Assembly (NCBI GenBank): GCA_010909165.1 | Contig: MU008158.1 | Location: forward strand, 2,071,478-2,135,477 | DNA length: 64,000 bases | DNA from: Anthoceros angustus | Lineage: Eukaryota > Plantae > Anthocerotophyta | Direction: 5' to 3' | Part shown: piece after piece, positions 34,661-48,700 of the stretch | Layout of the letters: every line of letters starts with the position of its first letter | How positions within the stretch are numbered: position 1 is the first letter of the stretch | Made by a program: the position numbers and the translations under genes | The notes under the pieces: model-generated | The model's database searches: none | The model's input: the letters and a program-made list of their open reading frames with translations, nothing else | Told to the model about the DNA's origin: nothing

Positions 34661-37600
34661 CCGTGAGGAAAGGGGAGAGAAGAAGAGAAATCAAGGGGTA
34701 GATGAGGTGAGGGAAGAGAGTGAGGGAATGAAGGGGAGTGGAAGCGTGGGAATCGCAAATTGTAAGTAGAGGGAGGTGTATAGGTGTCGCCCATAGCCCC
34801 AGGTCCGCAAGAGAGTGACAATAGACTCACAAGCGGCTGGTAGGGACCCGCCATTGGTCAACCGCCAGGTGGCCGAATCTACGTGGTGGGTTTGGGTGGA
34901 GAGGGTAGCGAGCGACGGGTAGGTCTAGAATCCATAGATTTAACACCTTGACAAACACCATTCCCTTGGGATCGAATCCTAGGACTATAACGACATAGAG
35001 GGTAAATGTGGCCTCTTGCGCCTTCGGATGCAAAACCCATTCCACATTTTGCGCTGTCGGGAATGAAACCACATCAAGGTTATAGGGGACTAACCATAGC
35101 TTAGGTGTCTAGTTTTGGAGTGTATCTAGTTAGGTAGATGGATGCCACGGGTTGAGATTCGAGTCAAGTCGACGGGCCACAAGAAGCGACAACGCCAAGC
35201 ACCGGAAAGGTTAAAAAGGGTTGCAAACCGCGAGTTGAGGAGGATCCAGAAGACGACCCGCTGGGAGAAGGGAAGCAACTGTGGGACGGGGTCCGATCTT
35301 GTTGGAGCAAGATCCCCAACCTCGACTTGGACGAGGTACCACCGCCAAGGAACCCTGACCAATTCCATCCATCGACCTCTTCCAAAAGTGTGCATCGCTG
35401 GAGATCAATCGACTCGCAGAACCGTTGTTGACCAACCACGAATCAAGAACGATAGTCATGACCACCACCATGCCGGTGGTCACCACCAAGCAACCTTATC
35501 CACTGTATGGAGAGGGGGGTATGAAGACCGATGAATTTGTTGAGCGCTTTTGACATTTGCAAAACCAGAAGCGGGAGATGCTCTATGGAGTTCTTGGGGT
35601 CCGGGGGGTATAGGCGAATACCTCAAGTCACACACCTCCAAAGAACCTATGAAGAGTTAAAACCGCCCGTGAGGTTCAGGGGCTTGACGAGGGATACGTG
35701 TTGTCCAAGCTTGAAAAGCCGCAGAGGAAAAGAAGGAAACCTTGCAGCGTGGAGAGGTTTGCCCACGCGATCAAGTGGCCCTCACTCGAGTTGCAGGTGC
35801 ACGGGTTCGCTAAAGGCCCGGGTTCTAAGATGGGGAGACACGAAGGTTACAAGCGGAGAAGAATTTGGGCAAGGCTATCAAGGGCGCTTAAACTATGAGG
35901 AATCCAACCGCAAGGGAGGAGGAAGGCTAAGAAGGAGAAGAAGAAGCCTGTGATCGAAAAGAGAAGGGATCCTCATCCTCCTAAGAAAGTTCATCGTGAA
36001 GAGAGCTCCATGTAAGATTCCATGAAAGTTCCTGAGGAGGAAACGAGTGATGGAGGAAGGCCATCGATGAGGAGCGCCAAATGGAAAAAGAAAATGAAGG
36101 GTCACGGACAACAAGGACACAAGGGCAAAACAGAGGCGTATGCGAAAAAGGACGGAACAAGAGGAGGGAGGCCGAGGTAGCCAAGAAAGTAGAACAACAG
36201 GAACAAGATGGAGGAGATGGCAAAATTCGAAATTCCATCTTAATGCGAAGGAACAGAGAAGGAGAGTCACGAACCCACGAGCCAACCTCTTCGCTCAACG
36301 TGGGCAGCAGGACACTCCAAAGCTAATTGTCCGAAACAAGGGTACACCGCCGATAGAGGAGGAAGAGGAAGATGGAGGATACATTCAGTGAGGTTAACCA
36401 AAAGTGTACCCAAGACCATGTACCCTCCAACTACGAAATTCCACGAGGGGTCAGAATCAAAGGGCGGTAATAAATCCAATGGGCACTTGTGCTACAACCG
36501 CAACCTTGACACTATGCGCACAATGCCTTATCCAACTCGGCCAAGGCAATGGAGATTAAACATGTCAAGATTGCAAGCAGGGCATTTGGCTGGATCGCCA
36601 AAACACGTGAAGAGGAGGATCGCGCACCAGGAACGGAGTTCAGGCCGGTCCGCCATGCATGTTGAGGACGCTGATTATGGGTATGGGAGGATGCCGAGAA
36701 GACCCGAGGAGCTTGAGAGGATTAGACCACGAAGTGATTATTATGGGGAAGCCCGCCATGGTCAAACAAGGAGCACAAAAGCAAGGAGAAGAGAGGGAAG
36801 GAAAAGAAGAAAGGAGGTGGATACGACCACGGATCGATGAGGGAGAGCGCCAAGCGAGGGAATACAAAATTTATAACCGCGAGGTGGAATGGACCAGAAA
36901 ACACAACGAACCAATGGGGCAGGAAGATGTGAGCGATACAGAGTGTTCCAATGGAAGAGTGCAAATTCAAAAGGAATCATGAATGACATTGAAGACACTT
37001 TAAGCTACCGAATTCGAAAGGTGAAAAGATGGGTTAGGATTTCAAGACGAAGAGGTTATGGATATGATCCAAGAGGAATCGAGAAGGCCAAGGTGGTCGA
37101 GGCGGGTGTCGATTTCCACCACCTGGGAGTCCGCCACCCCAAGGGAAGCCACCAGTCATGACGAATCAACCAACGAAACTCCATGCGAGGTGCCAACTTC
37201 AAGAGGCCATCATGGACCAACATTTCATGATCACATTCGACAACTCCTCCGAGACAATCCAGATAGGCAATGATCGAGGGCATTGAAGAGGCGCAACCCA
37301 AGAAGAAGCAACGCCTAAAGACCTGACCATGGTCCAACCCTATCATTTGACCATGGGATCAAGGAACCCAGATGTCATCAAAAGGAGTACCCTCGACACG
37401 TGTAATATCATGAGAAACGCTAAAATTGGGGTTGAAATTGATATACCAAGGTTTTTTGTATATACATGTCCGTAATGGTGCCGGGGAACTGACAGGTGCT
37501 AACGATCATTGGAACCATTCCCTACTTGGATTATGTAGTCATCCAAAGAAATCGCCGGTATAGCCTAATTGGTCGAACATGGATGTACGATCGCAATGCA

Positions 37601-40506
37601 CGCCAAATGGGGAAGAAAGGAAGTCGATTCAAACCAGGAATGGGATCCCAAGACCAAGGAGGTAGGATTTGCCTATCGGAGTAAGGACATGCAGTGAAAC
37701 CCCAACCAAACGAAGGTACACTGGGGAAACAGGAGATAAGAAGAGGAAGATAGGTTCCCGCACACATCTCACGAGGAGCAGGATTATCGCAGATATCCCA
37801 TACAATCAACCAGGTTACGGGTAACCATGGATCGCCGGAACTGGGGCGAAGGAGGGAACAGCAGGCAAACCGGATAAGGAGGAAGCGGTTACGCTTCACG
37901 CCGGAGGATTTGTTTAGAGGGGCATGAGAAGAGGAACCGCGGAGCCGAAGAAGGATCGTAGCACCGCACTGGTGGAGCGCGAGTGCGATGAAGTTAAGGA
38001 TGTTGAGGTTCTTCCGTGGAAAGGTGCTCAAATTCTCAAGAACAATGGATGCCGTGGAGGAAGGATGAAGCAACCGCTGCGTAATTCATCGGTCTTCGAC
38101 ATGAAGGGATCCCCAAAGAATGGAACATAGGATTGACTGGAACCGTGAGCAATCCCAGAAGGATTCCGCAAGTTAAGCAACCAAGTACTCAAGGTAAGGA
38201 TCGCTTGAGATGTCTCAAGGCGGATGTGATCTATCCTATAGTCAATACCGAATGGGTGGCTCCAATAGTGGTAGTACCTAAGAGGCAAACGGCCCGCCAG
38301 ATCGGAGGTTGAATAAGGTCACCAAGAAGGATCCGCTCTTCATCGATAATATCCTAGATCCGTCGCAGTGTGATGGCGATTCATTCTTAGATGGGTACTG
38401 GTATAATCACCGCACCTTAGGGAGAGCGACCTCACCGCTTTACAACCGACGACATACCGCTAAGCGACATTTGACCAGAGCCTTCTTTGCGAACCATTGT
38501 CAAGATTTCAAGGACTTTAGGGACTTTATGGAAGTTTTCGACGACACAGATCGCTAAGGACCATCCGTCGCACCTCCGAAGTGCCGAGTGGCAACCACGC
38601 AATTATGCCTCGCATCCGTAAAAGTGCTACTGCATGTCGAGGGAATTCGCTGGGCATCGAATTTCAAGCCGAGGTATAGAAGTAGATCCGACAAGGTAAA
38701 GGTCATCGCCACCCTTAGAGCACCTTCAACGCTAAAGGAACTCCGGGTTCCCGGAATGGTCGGTATTATAGACGCTTCCACCGCCGCGGCGCCCCACTAA
38801 CGAGCTTGTTAAGGAAGGATCAAGAGTGGGAATGGACGATGGAACGAGAAGCATTCCAGACCGCAGACGACATCGCTACCCACGCTAAGAGGCCGGATCG
38901 AGTAAGAAGTTCCACGTTTTCGCTGATGTTTCAAAGATTTGCAATTGGGTCCTTAGCCGGATGAGAAGAAGAAGGATTTTCCGATCTACTATGCCGAGAC
39001 AACTAACGGACGCGAACGAAAGTATACCACCACGGAGCGCCAAGCATCGGGAATGGTTTACTGGTCGAAATTCGACACTACCTCCTCGTATGAATTTGTG
39101 TTCCATGTTGACCACTTTGCCTTGAAACACCTTGTGAATAAACCCCGACCTTTCGGACGAGCAGCGCTGGATCACCGCCTGGAGTTTACTTCACAAGAGA
39201 AACGAGAGGGTAGGAAGCATATCAATGCCGACTTCATATCTCGATTAAACAGGAAGGTGGAAAAACCAGAAGATGATTTTCCGCGAGACATTGCGTCGAA
39301 AGCAAACCAAAGCGAAGCCGCTCAAGGAAGGTGGAGCCATCGATTGAGAAGGGAGGAGAGGTTCAAGACCAACATATCGAGATATGATTATCTTGGCACG
39401 GCCAAATTCCTCCACATCTTCCAAGACAAAAAGCGTCATTCACTACTCAAGACCACAACGGCACAATATGAACTTATACCGAGTAGGTCCCGGACGGTGG
39501 AGCGTTATGGGTACGCAAGCGGTAAGTCGAGCTCATTACACGAAGAAGAAGGGAGGCCATTATGCCGCATGTCACTTGCAGGTGAAAATTTTGAGGCGGC
39601 TATTGGTGGCCTACCATGTACAAGGATGCCAAGGAGTTCGTGAAGCGCCTACGTCAAAGGGTCGGCAAGCCAACGAACAACCCAATGGCCCCTTGTCCCC
39701 ATACTTGCACCGCACCATTCGAGAAATGGGGATCGATTTTGTCGGGCCCATCCACCCAAAACCAAGACCGCCAAAACCACATCTCGTCAGACATCAGACA
39801 CGGATGGTGGAGAAGCGCACGGTAGATTCGCAACGGGTGGCCGATTCTCGAGCAAATCATCACTAGATATGGCTGCCCATTGAGCCGGTCGCTGATGAGG
39901 AACACATTTCAATCGTGTAATCTAACATGACCCCACTTCAATGTCGATCATGTGACCACTCCCTTTATAACCCAAAAGCCAATGGGTCACAAAGGCAAAC
40001 GGCTTGTTGTGCAAGATCACCAACTCACCGCCTATGCATATGATCGATATGAAATCGACTGCACTTTGGGCATACCGACTGCTGAAAAGGTGACAACGCA
40101 GACCTAGATATCTTACATATGGACATCACCATGCCAATAGAGTTCAAGTTCCCACCTCGAGAATAGAACCAAGTCGAATGCCGGAGGAAAGCCAATTGGA
40201 AAGGTTGGTGATTTCAGACGACACACGAGACAGAGAACAAGCCTCCAAGTTATGCGGGATGTCCAGAAGGAAGGAAGGAGGATAAGAGATCAAGCGCCAA
40301 GAGTATGTTCCCGGGATCCGCTTTACTATATGATAACCGATACATGCATTTTCCGTAAATTACATTTAAGGTGGATGGGACCCTAGTTTTGAGGTTTTCG
40401 ACAACGGATCAATTCAACCGCAAGAATGGATCGCCCCGCCAACTAGAGTCAACGGTCAGTTAAAATATTAATAAGTTGGCGAGGACGCCAACAAATGAGA
40501 AGGGAG

Positions 40507-43500
40507 TATGGAAGACCACATATACCAGCCCTCAAGTGTGGGATGAACGATTTTTTTGTTTTGAGTGTTAGAATAGCAGAGTGCTTTGAGAATCGCCCGG
40601 TAAGGTCTTTTATAGAATGGTCCTTGGCCCTTGGGATAATAATTTGTTTTTTGAACCTTAGGTTTTCGAATGATAGGTAGGTAGATAGAGTCCTTGGGTT
40701 TTGGTGATTTTAGAAATAAAAAGTGTCTATATAGGATGCTCTACACTGCCACGGGCGTCAAGGGGAGGTAGGCTAGTTCCACCACTGGCCGGGACGCATG
40801 CACTGGGGAGTTTACAACCCTAGTGGCGCGACCGGGCCGGAGAATCGAGAGCACACCCAAAGACCGCGAGGTCGCAAATTCCGTGAGGAGCCGCAGAGCG
40901 GGCGATGCAACGCGCCGCGAGCCTGCCTGCTGCAGGGGACGACGAAGGCTGCCGGGCGAGGCCAAGGAAAAGAGAACCAGAAGTAGCGGCGGGAGACGCG
41001 AGGCAAGAGCGCAAGAACGAGAGGGACGCGCGAGGGTGGTGCCCCTTCTCACCAGGGGGAGTTTGCTTTTGGAAGAAGAGAGATGGCGCCGAGCGCCGAA
41101 ATTTCACTCACGCAAAGGCCCAACCATAAGTGGAAGGTGAGAGCTGCGGTGAGCCGGGTCTGGAATTTATGGAGATGACGACAGATTGGTGCAAGAGTGC
41201 GTGCAATTGAGAACCAAGTTGCAAGAGGGAGACGCGAGGAAGAGGCCGCAAAACTGGATTTGGGACTCTTTCGAGCAGAGGGCGAGAAGCATCGAGGATG
41301 GAAGCTTGGTAATCAATTTCAGAAAGAAGACCTTGAGAGCCGCAGCCGCGCATGAAGCCCGGGAAGTGAGAGGAATAATGGATGGGTGACTCGCTAACAA
41401 ATGTGGTGGATTAGCCAAATGGATTTTGTGTTTCCGCAACCCAAGTTGGATCATATGGCGGATCACTTGGTTTCTTCACGAGGTGGTTAAGGTACACAAA
41501 TCGATTGGGGCGGATGATCTTGAAAGAGCCTGTGGAGAGGGCTAATTTCCCTTCCTCCCTCCTTGATTTCACCTTTTCTAATTCATGTTCGATTCGTGTC
41601 TAACGGAGTTGAAGTCGGTCCGCCTCAGCCGGAAACCGGCGTGGAACTCAGAGGAGGAGGAGGAAGGAAGATTCGGAAGGATTCCAGTAGCAATGCGCCC
41701 TAGAAGATCTAAGAGGTGGGAGGTTTCAAGGGCAAGAAGCGAGGGCCGGCCGAACGGGTCTGAAGAAGGGAAGGAGCAGCAGAAGAGGAACCCACATACA
41801 CCTAGGGTCACCAGTCAAATCGGCAGCAGAACGCGAGTGAAGGAGGAGAAAATAAAGGGAAACGACAAGTTGTGCCCCTGTGCAGGAGTCGCCGCTAGGG
41901 AGATTGGAGCGGATGAGGAGGCAAACCAACCCCTAGAAGAAGAGGGTTAGTTAATAGCCAAGTCCGCGAGCTAACATTTTGGCGATTTCACAACACATCA
42001 AGTGGAGGCAGACACGAAGTAGAATTGTTGTGGAATGGGCAAGGGACAGCCCAATTGGGAATCAGTTGACTTCGCCATGGCTCGACGCAGCAGTGATCTC
42101 CTCGATCACCCATGGCTCTCACCGGCCGAGTGCAAGGCCAGGAAAAGTTGCTCAAGGAGAAGTTGGAGCCCGGAAGGCGAACAAGGTGGCAGGAGCGCAG
42201 ACGGAATGCGAGGCTATGCAAGGCACAGGAGCAAAGGCCATGTCCACCCAACAGAGGCCTTAGTAATCAGTCAAGGGGCGATGCCACAATCGAAGAGCTT
42301 CAAGATGAGGTCTCGCGAGCCTGTGAACAATGGAAACAATGGCGCCGAGAAATTCAAGAAGTCATGAGACAAGCGAGAGAGATGAAGCTAGGCCGGTCAA
42401 GAGAGAGGTGGCCAAACCAAGAAGGGCAGAGCACAAGAACCGCAGAGTCAAGCCACCACCGGGGGGAAACTACCACCACGGTGGCTAAACCGCCACCGTC
42501 ATGAAGGAGGAACCGAGGTGGGGAAGTCACCCAAGAGCGCCGCAGTGGAGGATGATCCCGAGAATCAAGGCAGCCCAGTGATTGTCCACGGGAGGAGAGG
42601 GTAAGAACCTCCGAGCAAGAGCGACAGTGCTACGGCCCGGATGAGGATGCTCATGTCCTCGGCCGCCGCATGGTGAGCGGTGCTCACCTTGTATGTGGTT
42701 GTTGGGACAGAGGGGCGTAAACCATTGGTCAGACATCTTGACCGCCACGCGCTACTGCTGGTTCTTCCGAGGAGCGGGGCCTACCCCAAGTGGTGATCGA
42801 GGAAATGAGCGGCAAGCTGTGGCGTGGAGGGAGGAGCACTGGTGGCTGTCCAAATGAGGAGCGGAATAATGCCATAGGGCCTATAGACAACGACGCCTGG
42901 AAGGCGCCAAGAAACTGCAGCAAGGAGAGGAGGTGGAGGTTGGGGAGAATCGCCGGATCGCAGGCGCAAGGTGAGAGCGAGAGTCCCCAGGCCGGGGCTA
43001 GGCAAAGAATCATGACGCGCAGCGATTTTAGAGCGCATCATAGGCCGAGGCTTTTGGGTAGGGATAGGATGTTTTGAGGACCCACCGTAGTTTCGAATTG
43101 GTAGGAGCGCCGTGGTAGTGGGCCAATTTTAGACCCAGAGAAGTGAGGACCACAACAATGTATAAGAGACCCTTGAGAGTCTCCCAATGCATTTCGTGTG
43201 AACTTCCGTTGAAGCTATGCGCGAGGTTGATTGGAGACGCCCGATCAAGATCAAACTGCTCGATGCACCGCCTTCACCACAAGAAGGCCGGAAGATCCTC
43301 GGATGGTCGAGAGCGAGTGGCCAAGCTCCACGCCTGGGTGAAAGGCGCGCCACGAAAAGAGGTAGGAATTGCCTGAAGGCCGAGGCGAACTGAAGGCGCG
43401 CCCAAGCACCCACCGGGTTTTCCCGATCCTTCCCAACCGCCGCCACGTGTGTTCATTCCACCAAGGAGGGGTCTGTGGCCCAAGGAGGGGTCTGGTGGCC

Positions 43501-43953
43501 CAAGGAGGGGTCTCTGCGGAGGTGAGGGAGAGTTCATTAAGAGAAAGGTTCCTAAGGGGTAGATGAGTGCGCTACTGAGGGATTGTGAGAGTGTGTGAGG
43601 GAAATCGAAATGCGTGGAGGAGGGAAGGCGGAATCGCAAATTCCTAGAGGTAGAGGGAGGTGTATAGGTGTCCGTATGCCCATAGCCCCAAGGTCCGCGC
43701 GAGAGAGGAAATAGACCGCGGCGGCGGATTGTAGGGACCCGCCACGGGTCAACCGCCACCTGGTGGCCGAATCTACCATGGTGGGTTTGGGTAAGGGGAG
43801 AGGTGGGTAGTGAGCGACGGGTAGGTCTAGAATCCATAGATTTAGAACACCTTGACACAAAACTATTCCCTTGGGATCGAATCCTAGGACTATAACGACA
43901 TAGAGGGTAAATGTGGCCTCTTTGCGTCTTCGGATGCAAAAACCCATTCCACA
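40507..43953 (+). repeat. 3' LTR (~3.45 kb) of the gypsy element
   Basis: Preceded by the PPT; starts TATGGAAGACC, ends TTCCACA. Confidence 0.85.
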
Positions 43954-45738
43954 ACCGGCGAGAATCTTTGCCGGGCACGACTACTTTCCTGACTTGGTGG
44001 AGATCGCAGGTAGAGGCTCCTCTGGATGTGAGTGCGGCGCCTTGTATGAACTCTTCTAGGAACATCGCGAGGGAAAGTGGGGTGGTGCGTTTCCACAGCT
44101 AATCGCTGCAAAGACGCAACGAGGCATGGAAGGGGTTCTTCCCACGGAGGCGGAGACGGTGGACGCTGGGGCCAACCCCGATGTCGACAAAGATTGGCAG
44201 GTGCATGGCGTGCACCTCCGCGTAACCCCATATTCCTCAACTGCTGCGTAGTTCCGAGGCGAGGGACAAATCCCGGGGCCCTGTGGACATAGTACCACAT
44301 CAAGAGAAGGGCAAGTCGATCTCGCTGGGATGAGCGAATCCTTCGCGGGTGAGGCGCGGCGTGAAATGCCGATGCTAACTTTGTGCAGTTTCATTCTAAC
44401 CCGCAGCCTTTGAGTGCTGTGCACGCTTTACACCTCGTACATGGTCCTCGCGACCATAGCCCGTGTCATGCCCGATGACCATAGCCACTATTGCATGCCC
44501 TGGAGCCGTGGACTGAGTACAAGGTGTGGCAAGATGCGCCGGATCAACTCATGAAAAGCCTTCAAGGCGACATGAAAGCCTGCTACCCGTAGTTGATGGT
44601 TGTCTTATCTCAAGAAGGCATTGTGCGCGCATCACAACATGTGGTAATCAAGGAGGCGGTTGCTCTATCATTGCTGGGACCCGAGTTTTTCCCAGATTTT
44701 GCGGCTTCGACCGGGACCACATTAGGAGGTGAGCATGGTGTGAAAGGCTAACCGAGGAGCCTTTTTAAAAGTGCTTGCATATTGAGGCCTTGCTGGGGAC
44801 GGATTCAAAGCAGTGGTGTACGCTTGGGATGAGGGCGGCCGCCACCGTAGAACACGTTCCCTTGAGGTGGTGAGTTTTTCTCCATCAAGGGTGTAGGCGG
44901 ATGACTTTATCAATGCAACGACTTTTGAGGCTCGTGCATGGCGGAGGCAGCATGTTCGTCATGTATGGTGTGAGGTTTTTGTTAATAGAGAAAACTGTGA
45001 CACCTTTCATAAATCGCATCACAGGTTTTTGGGCGACGGGCGCCAATTGTGGTGTTCAAGTGCCATTGATGACGGGCAGCCCCCATGGCAATGACGCAGT
45101 TAAGACATTGCTACTTCCCTTGAAATACTGGCATACACTATGTGTGCGAGGGTGTTGATCGCCATATCTCACAATACGGTATGGCATGGTTTCAGCCTAG
45201 TTTCCAACGATTGTAGAGGTAAGGGTATGGTGGACGGTGATGGGTTATTGGGTGTGTGTGCACTTCCATTTTTCAAAATGCACCGCCTTGGAAATTTCAT
45301 TGAGGCACGATTAATATCACGATTTGATTCAATGCTCCGCTTGGTAGAGGGTGTCGGGCGTTGTTTGTGCGCACCACGAGCGAATTAATACCCTCCGTTA
45401 CCGACTAGGACAACATAACGTCAGATCCACCGGTTTAATGTCCGGAAGGAGGAGCAATCAAAAACGCTGGAAGGCAGGTATTTCTGGGCGGCGCATAATG
45501 TACCTCGGGTCGCCCAAACCGCACGATGCTAGACCTATGCATTTTACAGGTGGTGAGGGAAATCCATACGCGGCGGTGGGCGTAGACTCATCCATGCATT
45601 TACGGTGACGTGGTGCCGGGAACCATGGCTAGGCATCGCTGACCACGCCCCGCTGGTTGCCGACGACGCCAAGGGGGACACATCGACGTCCGATATTGCT
45701 CGTGCACGCCAGAAAAGGCCACTCAATCACATCATAAG

Positions 45739-48700
45739 GTGGACTACCTGATCTCCCGGGTAGGGAATGAGTTAGGTTGTTTTTCGTAGGTAGGAGTGCA
45801 AAATAAGGTGGAAAGGAAGAAATAAGTCTCGAACCACCCCACTATACTCCTACCGCACCGAGTAAGGACCCCGAGTAGGTGGAAGGGACTCGCACACCAG
45901 AGGAGGACCGGACAACGACCGAGTATTGGATAAGTCCGGCCACACCGCCGTAAGGCAGACGGATAAGCACGCCAAGCAAAGCAACTTAGAAGTTGGAGCG
46001 ACGTGATGCATCGGCCACGAGACTCGATCGACCGTGGATCCGGCATGCAGCCGGACTGTGCTGCAGTGGTTGCTGGGCACAAGTATAGGCGTGTATTCAC
46101 GCCCGACACGGTTCGGCGAATGAGGCTTAGGAGTACGCGCGTGAAGGACAACGAAGCGGAAGCGTAAGGTGAGAGAGGCTGCGTAATCCCTCAAGGCCAC
46201 GCGCTGGCGGACACCTTCGCCTGCCGGGATTTACTACTCCCGACGCCGCAACTCGAGGGAAGACCATTTCTTTTGCGACCGCATTGATTTTCAGCCTGCA
46301 GCCCGCCTATCCCGCCTCATTCGCTATCTCTCGAGTGCCGCCTTCTCGCCCACCGTGGCTGGAGCAAGCGAACGGGAGAAGAGGGAGACGCCAAGATTCG
46401 CCATCAGCAGCAGCTGAGCAAGAAGAAGGTGATGGGACCCAAGAAGGTCGGGAGGTGTGGGGAGCCCTGGCGCCTGTGGAGCGCAACATTATCACCCGAT
46501 ACCTAATTTCGACCTTGGGCCGAGGAGGCAGAGGACTTGGGAGAAGTGGCATCTCGACATCTTCGCCAAGGTGTGGATGCTTGTCAGCCACACCTCGCTG
46601 TGGAATATGTTAAAGATGCTGCCGCCAACAAGGAGGTCCGGTCCGCCTCCAAAAAGTTTGAGGGAGGAGGTGAGGTGGACCGTGAGGTCCCGAGGGCGAC
46701 AACCGCCCGTAAGAAATTGGGGCGAGTCCCGAGCCTCTCAAGGTGAGGGGAAAGGTAGAAGCCGGCGGCGGCGCTTATATTCAGGACGCAGCTGCCGCTG
46801 CAAACGGTCGATGCCGGACTGCCGATGTGACAGACGGGTGAGGGCAAGTACAAGGTCATTGTCCATTGACATGTTCACCAAGGTGGATCACCTTGGTGAT
46901 AATCTTTGGTGTTCCCGCACGCCCCAAACAAACGGCCGGACTGGGGCGATCATCCCGCCCCCGGACCACCAAGAGGCCAGAAGCCACGGAGCGAGAAGCT
47001 CACGCCTAAGTGTTGTCCCCTTCCTAATCCATGTGTGGGACACCTCAACCTCCCGGCGAGGGAGAAGAGGAGCGGCGCTCCGGAAAGGATTGGCGGCCTG
47101 GCCAAGGCGTGGGGTGAAGGCACACCCGAGGCGAGGTCCGACCTCCTAAGACCAAACGAGCCCGGAGGAAGATGGAATGGGAGGGAAATTGACTCCATCC
47201 GGCCGGAACGGACCCCCGCCGCCCGAGAGGTATGGAGGATATCCCCGCCTCCTTCCGTTCCCGGAGGCGGAGTTGCCCGCACCAAACGGAGCCCCCATGA
47301 GGGGGAGCCGACGCTATAACGCTCGCCACCAAGAATCCGCCATAAATAGCCGGATGACGCCTGGAAACGAAAGGTCAAGAGGGCTGGAAGGTGGCACCCA
47401 CCAACGGGCACCAAGTGAGCGCACAAGTGCCTCTACCCCACCCACAGTATGGGCAGGAGGCGGAGGAAGGGCCGTGAGAGCTGGAGAGACGCCTGTGGGC
47501 GGGGTCACTAGGCAATGTACATCCGAGCCCATCCTATCTCCGACGGGGAAACGCGCACCCCTCGCTACCAAGCCCAAACGAAGACGAAGCGGAGCTTAGC
47601 GGCCAAACGGGCTGGCGAGGTAAAAGGGCGGACCAGGCACCCAAGACCCGAGGGTCCCGATCGGTCCGAGAGCCGAGTCCCACTCACCCGGATCGCAGGC
47701 TCCGCGTCCCGACGGGACCGGGAGATGCCTGGCCTCCCGGATCTCAGTATCTCTCCGGCAATGAAGAAACACACGAAGTTTTGGCCACCGCCATGGACAG
47801 ATTGTTTTGGGGTCTCAAGGGACAGAGAAGACCCAGAGGTGGAGGCAACAAGGAGGCGATGGTGCTCCTCCAGAGCAGTGTGAGGTGGCCCAGAGGCGAA
47901 GAAGGCGAATCCTCGCCGAATCGAGGAGGGAAAACGCTGTGAAGGGGAGGGGAGTCCTATTCAAAGAAGACCGATTAGTCCTTCACCAGCGCGAATAACA
48001 ACCAGCATGGGGAGGCCCAAGCTCGGCAGTAAGACCTCTCGCAGCGACGTGGGCGCGCAGGGGAGTTGGAGGAAGCCCGAGAGCAAAGTGAGCTGAGCTG
48101 GCCGAGGCGGCTAGGGCAGAACAACGCCTGCCGCAGAGGCTCAGTGAAGGGCGCGGTGAGGCGGGTTGCCTAAGACCGACCGAGATCACTATCGGGCGGA
48201 TCGCAAACCTGGGTGAGGGAGACGGGCAGATGTTCATGCCAACCTAAAGGCGAATGAGGCAGCAGAAAGGTGCACGAGCCAAGAGAAGGCGAGGCCAAGA
48301 ATAAGGAGATAGGAGGATCTCCGGCTCAAATATGGGGAGGAACAATCAGGAGATGGAAGACCAGGAGACCTTGAGCTACAGCCCAAGATGCAATCGAGCG
48401 GGCGGCCGGGCCGACCGGATTACGAGCCGGGAGATAGAGCGACCCACCGTCATGCGTAAGAGGGCATGGCACCATGAGCATACCGTCACGAAATGGAGAG
48501 GACGACAAGCGCCGAACGGGCAGAGCCGCCGACCACCGGGGGAGATGGCGAGCTTCAGCCAAATGAATCGAGAGCATACCTGGACGGGTAAAAGAAGGCC
48601 ATCTACCGGTCCGGGCTTGAGGAAGGAAGGCCACACCGGCAGTGAAAGCTGAACTAAACGACGAGCCTGAGTAAAGTGAGCAAGAACGAAGGTTGCAGAA

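Larger units (their letters stand above)
31563..35046 (+). repeat. 5' LTR (~3.5 kb) of the gypsy element
   Basis: Colinear with 40507-43953 throughout; followed by the PBS-like sequence. Confidence 0.85.
31563..43953 (+). mobile_element. Ty3/gypsy LTR retrotransposon (non-chromovirus type), full structure but heavily frameshifted gag-pol
   Basis: Direct repeats 31563-35046 and 40507-43953 with (T)GTGGAA...TTCCACA ends. PBS-like TTTTGCGCTGTCGGGAA at 35047 (resembles the tRNA-Asp PBS). PPT GAGAAGGGAG at 40497-40506. Internal gag Zn-knuckle remnant, RT (WVAPIVVVPK, LNKVTKKDP, SFLDG, FMEVF.DD), RNase H (FHVF.D, KFRHYL, VDHFALKHL), integrase (PFEKWGIDFVGPI, Y.PKANG, LWAYRT, RWMGP) in RT-RH-INT order. 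Flanks ACCAA/ACCGG are a partial TSD. Confidence 0.9.
30580..45690 (+). mobile_element. Unclassified ~2.7-kb insertion (30580-31562 plus 43954-45690; right part duplicated at 51441-53210) interrupting the LINE RT and itself hosting the gypsy element
   Basis: On the minus strand the LINE reads ...WRCLSNI at 45691/53211 and resumes at GFGK..RWIAII at ~30579. The intervening non-LINE, non-gypsy DNA has degenerate coding-like frames. No clear TIR or TSD seen. Confidence 0.5.

Noticed and set aside
31563-43953. Dating the gypsy insertion from LTR-LTR divergence
   Set aside because: Differences are dominated by indels typical of consensus error, so any age estimate would be meaningless.
43954-45690. 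DIRS/tyrosine-recombinase or KDZ transposase
   Set aside because: No RHR(H/W)Y, RT or KDZ motifs could be identified.
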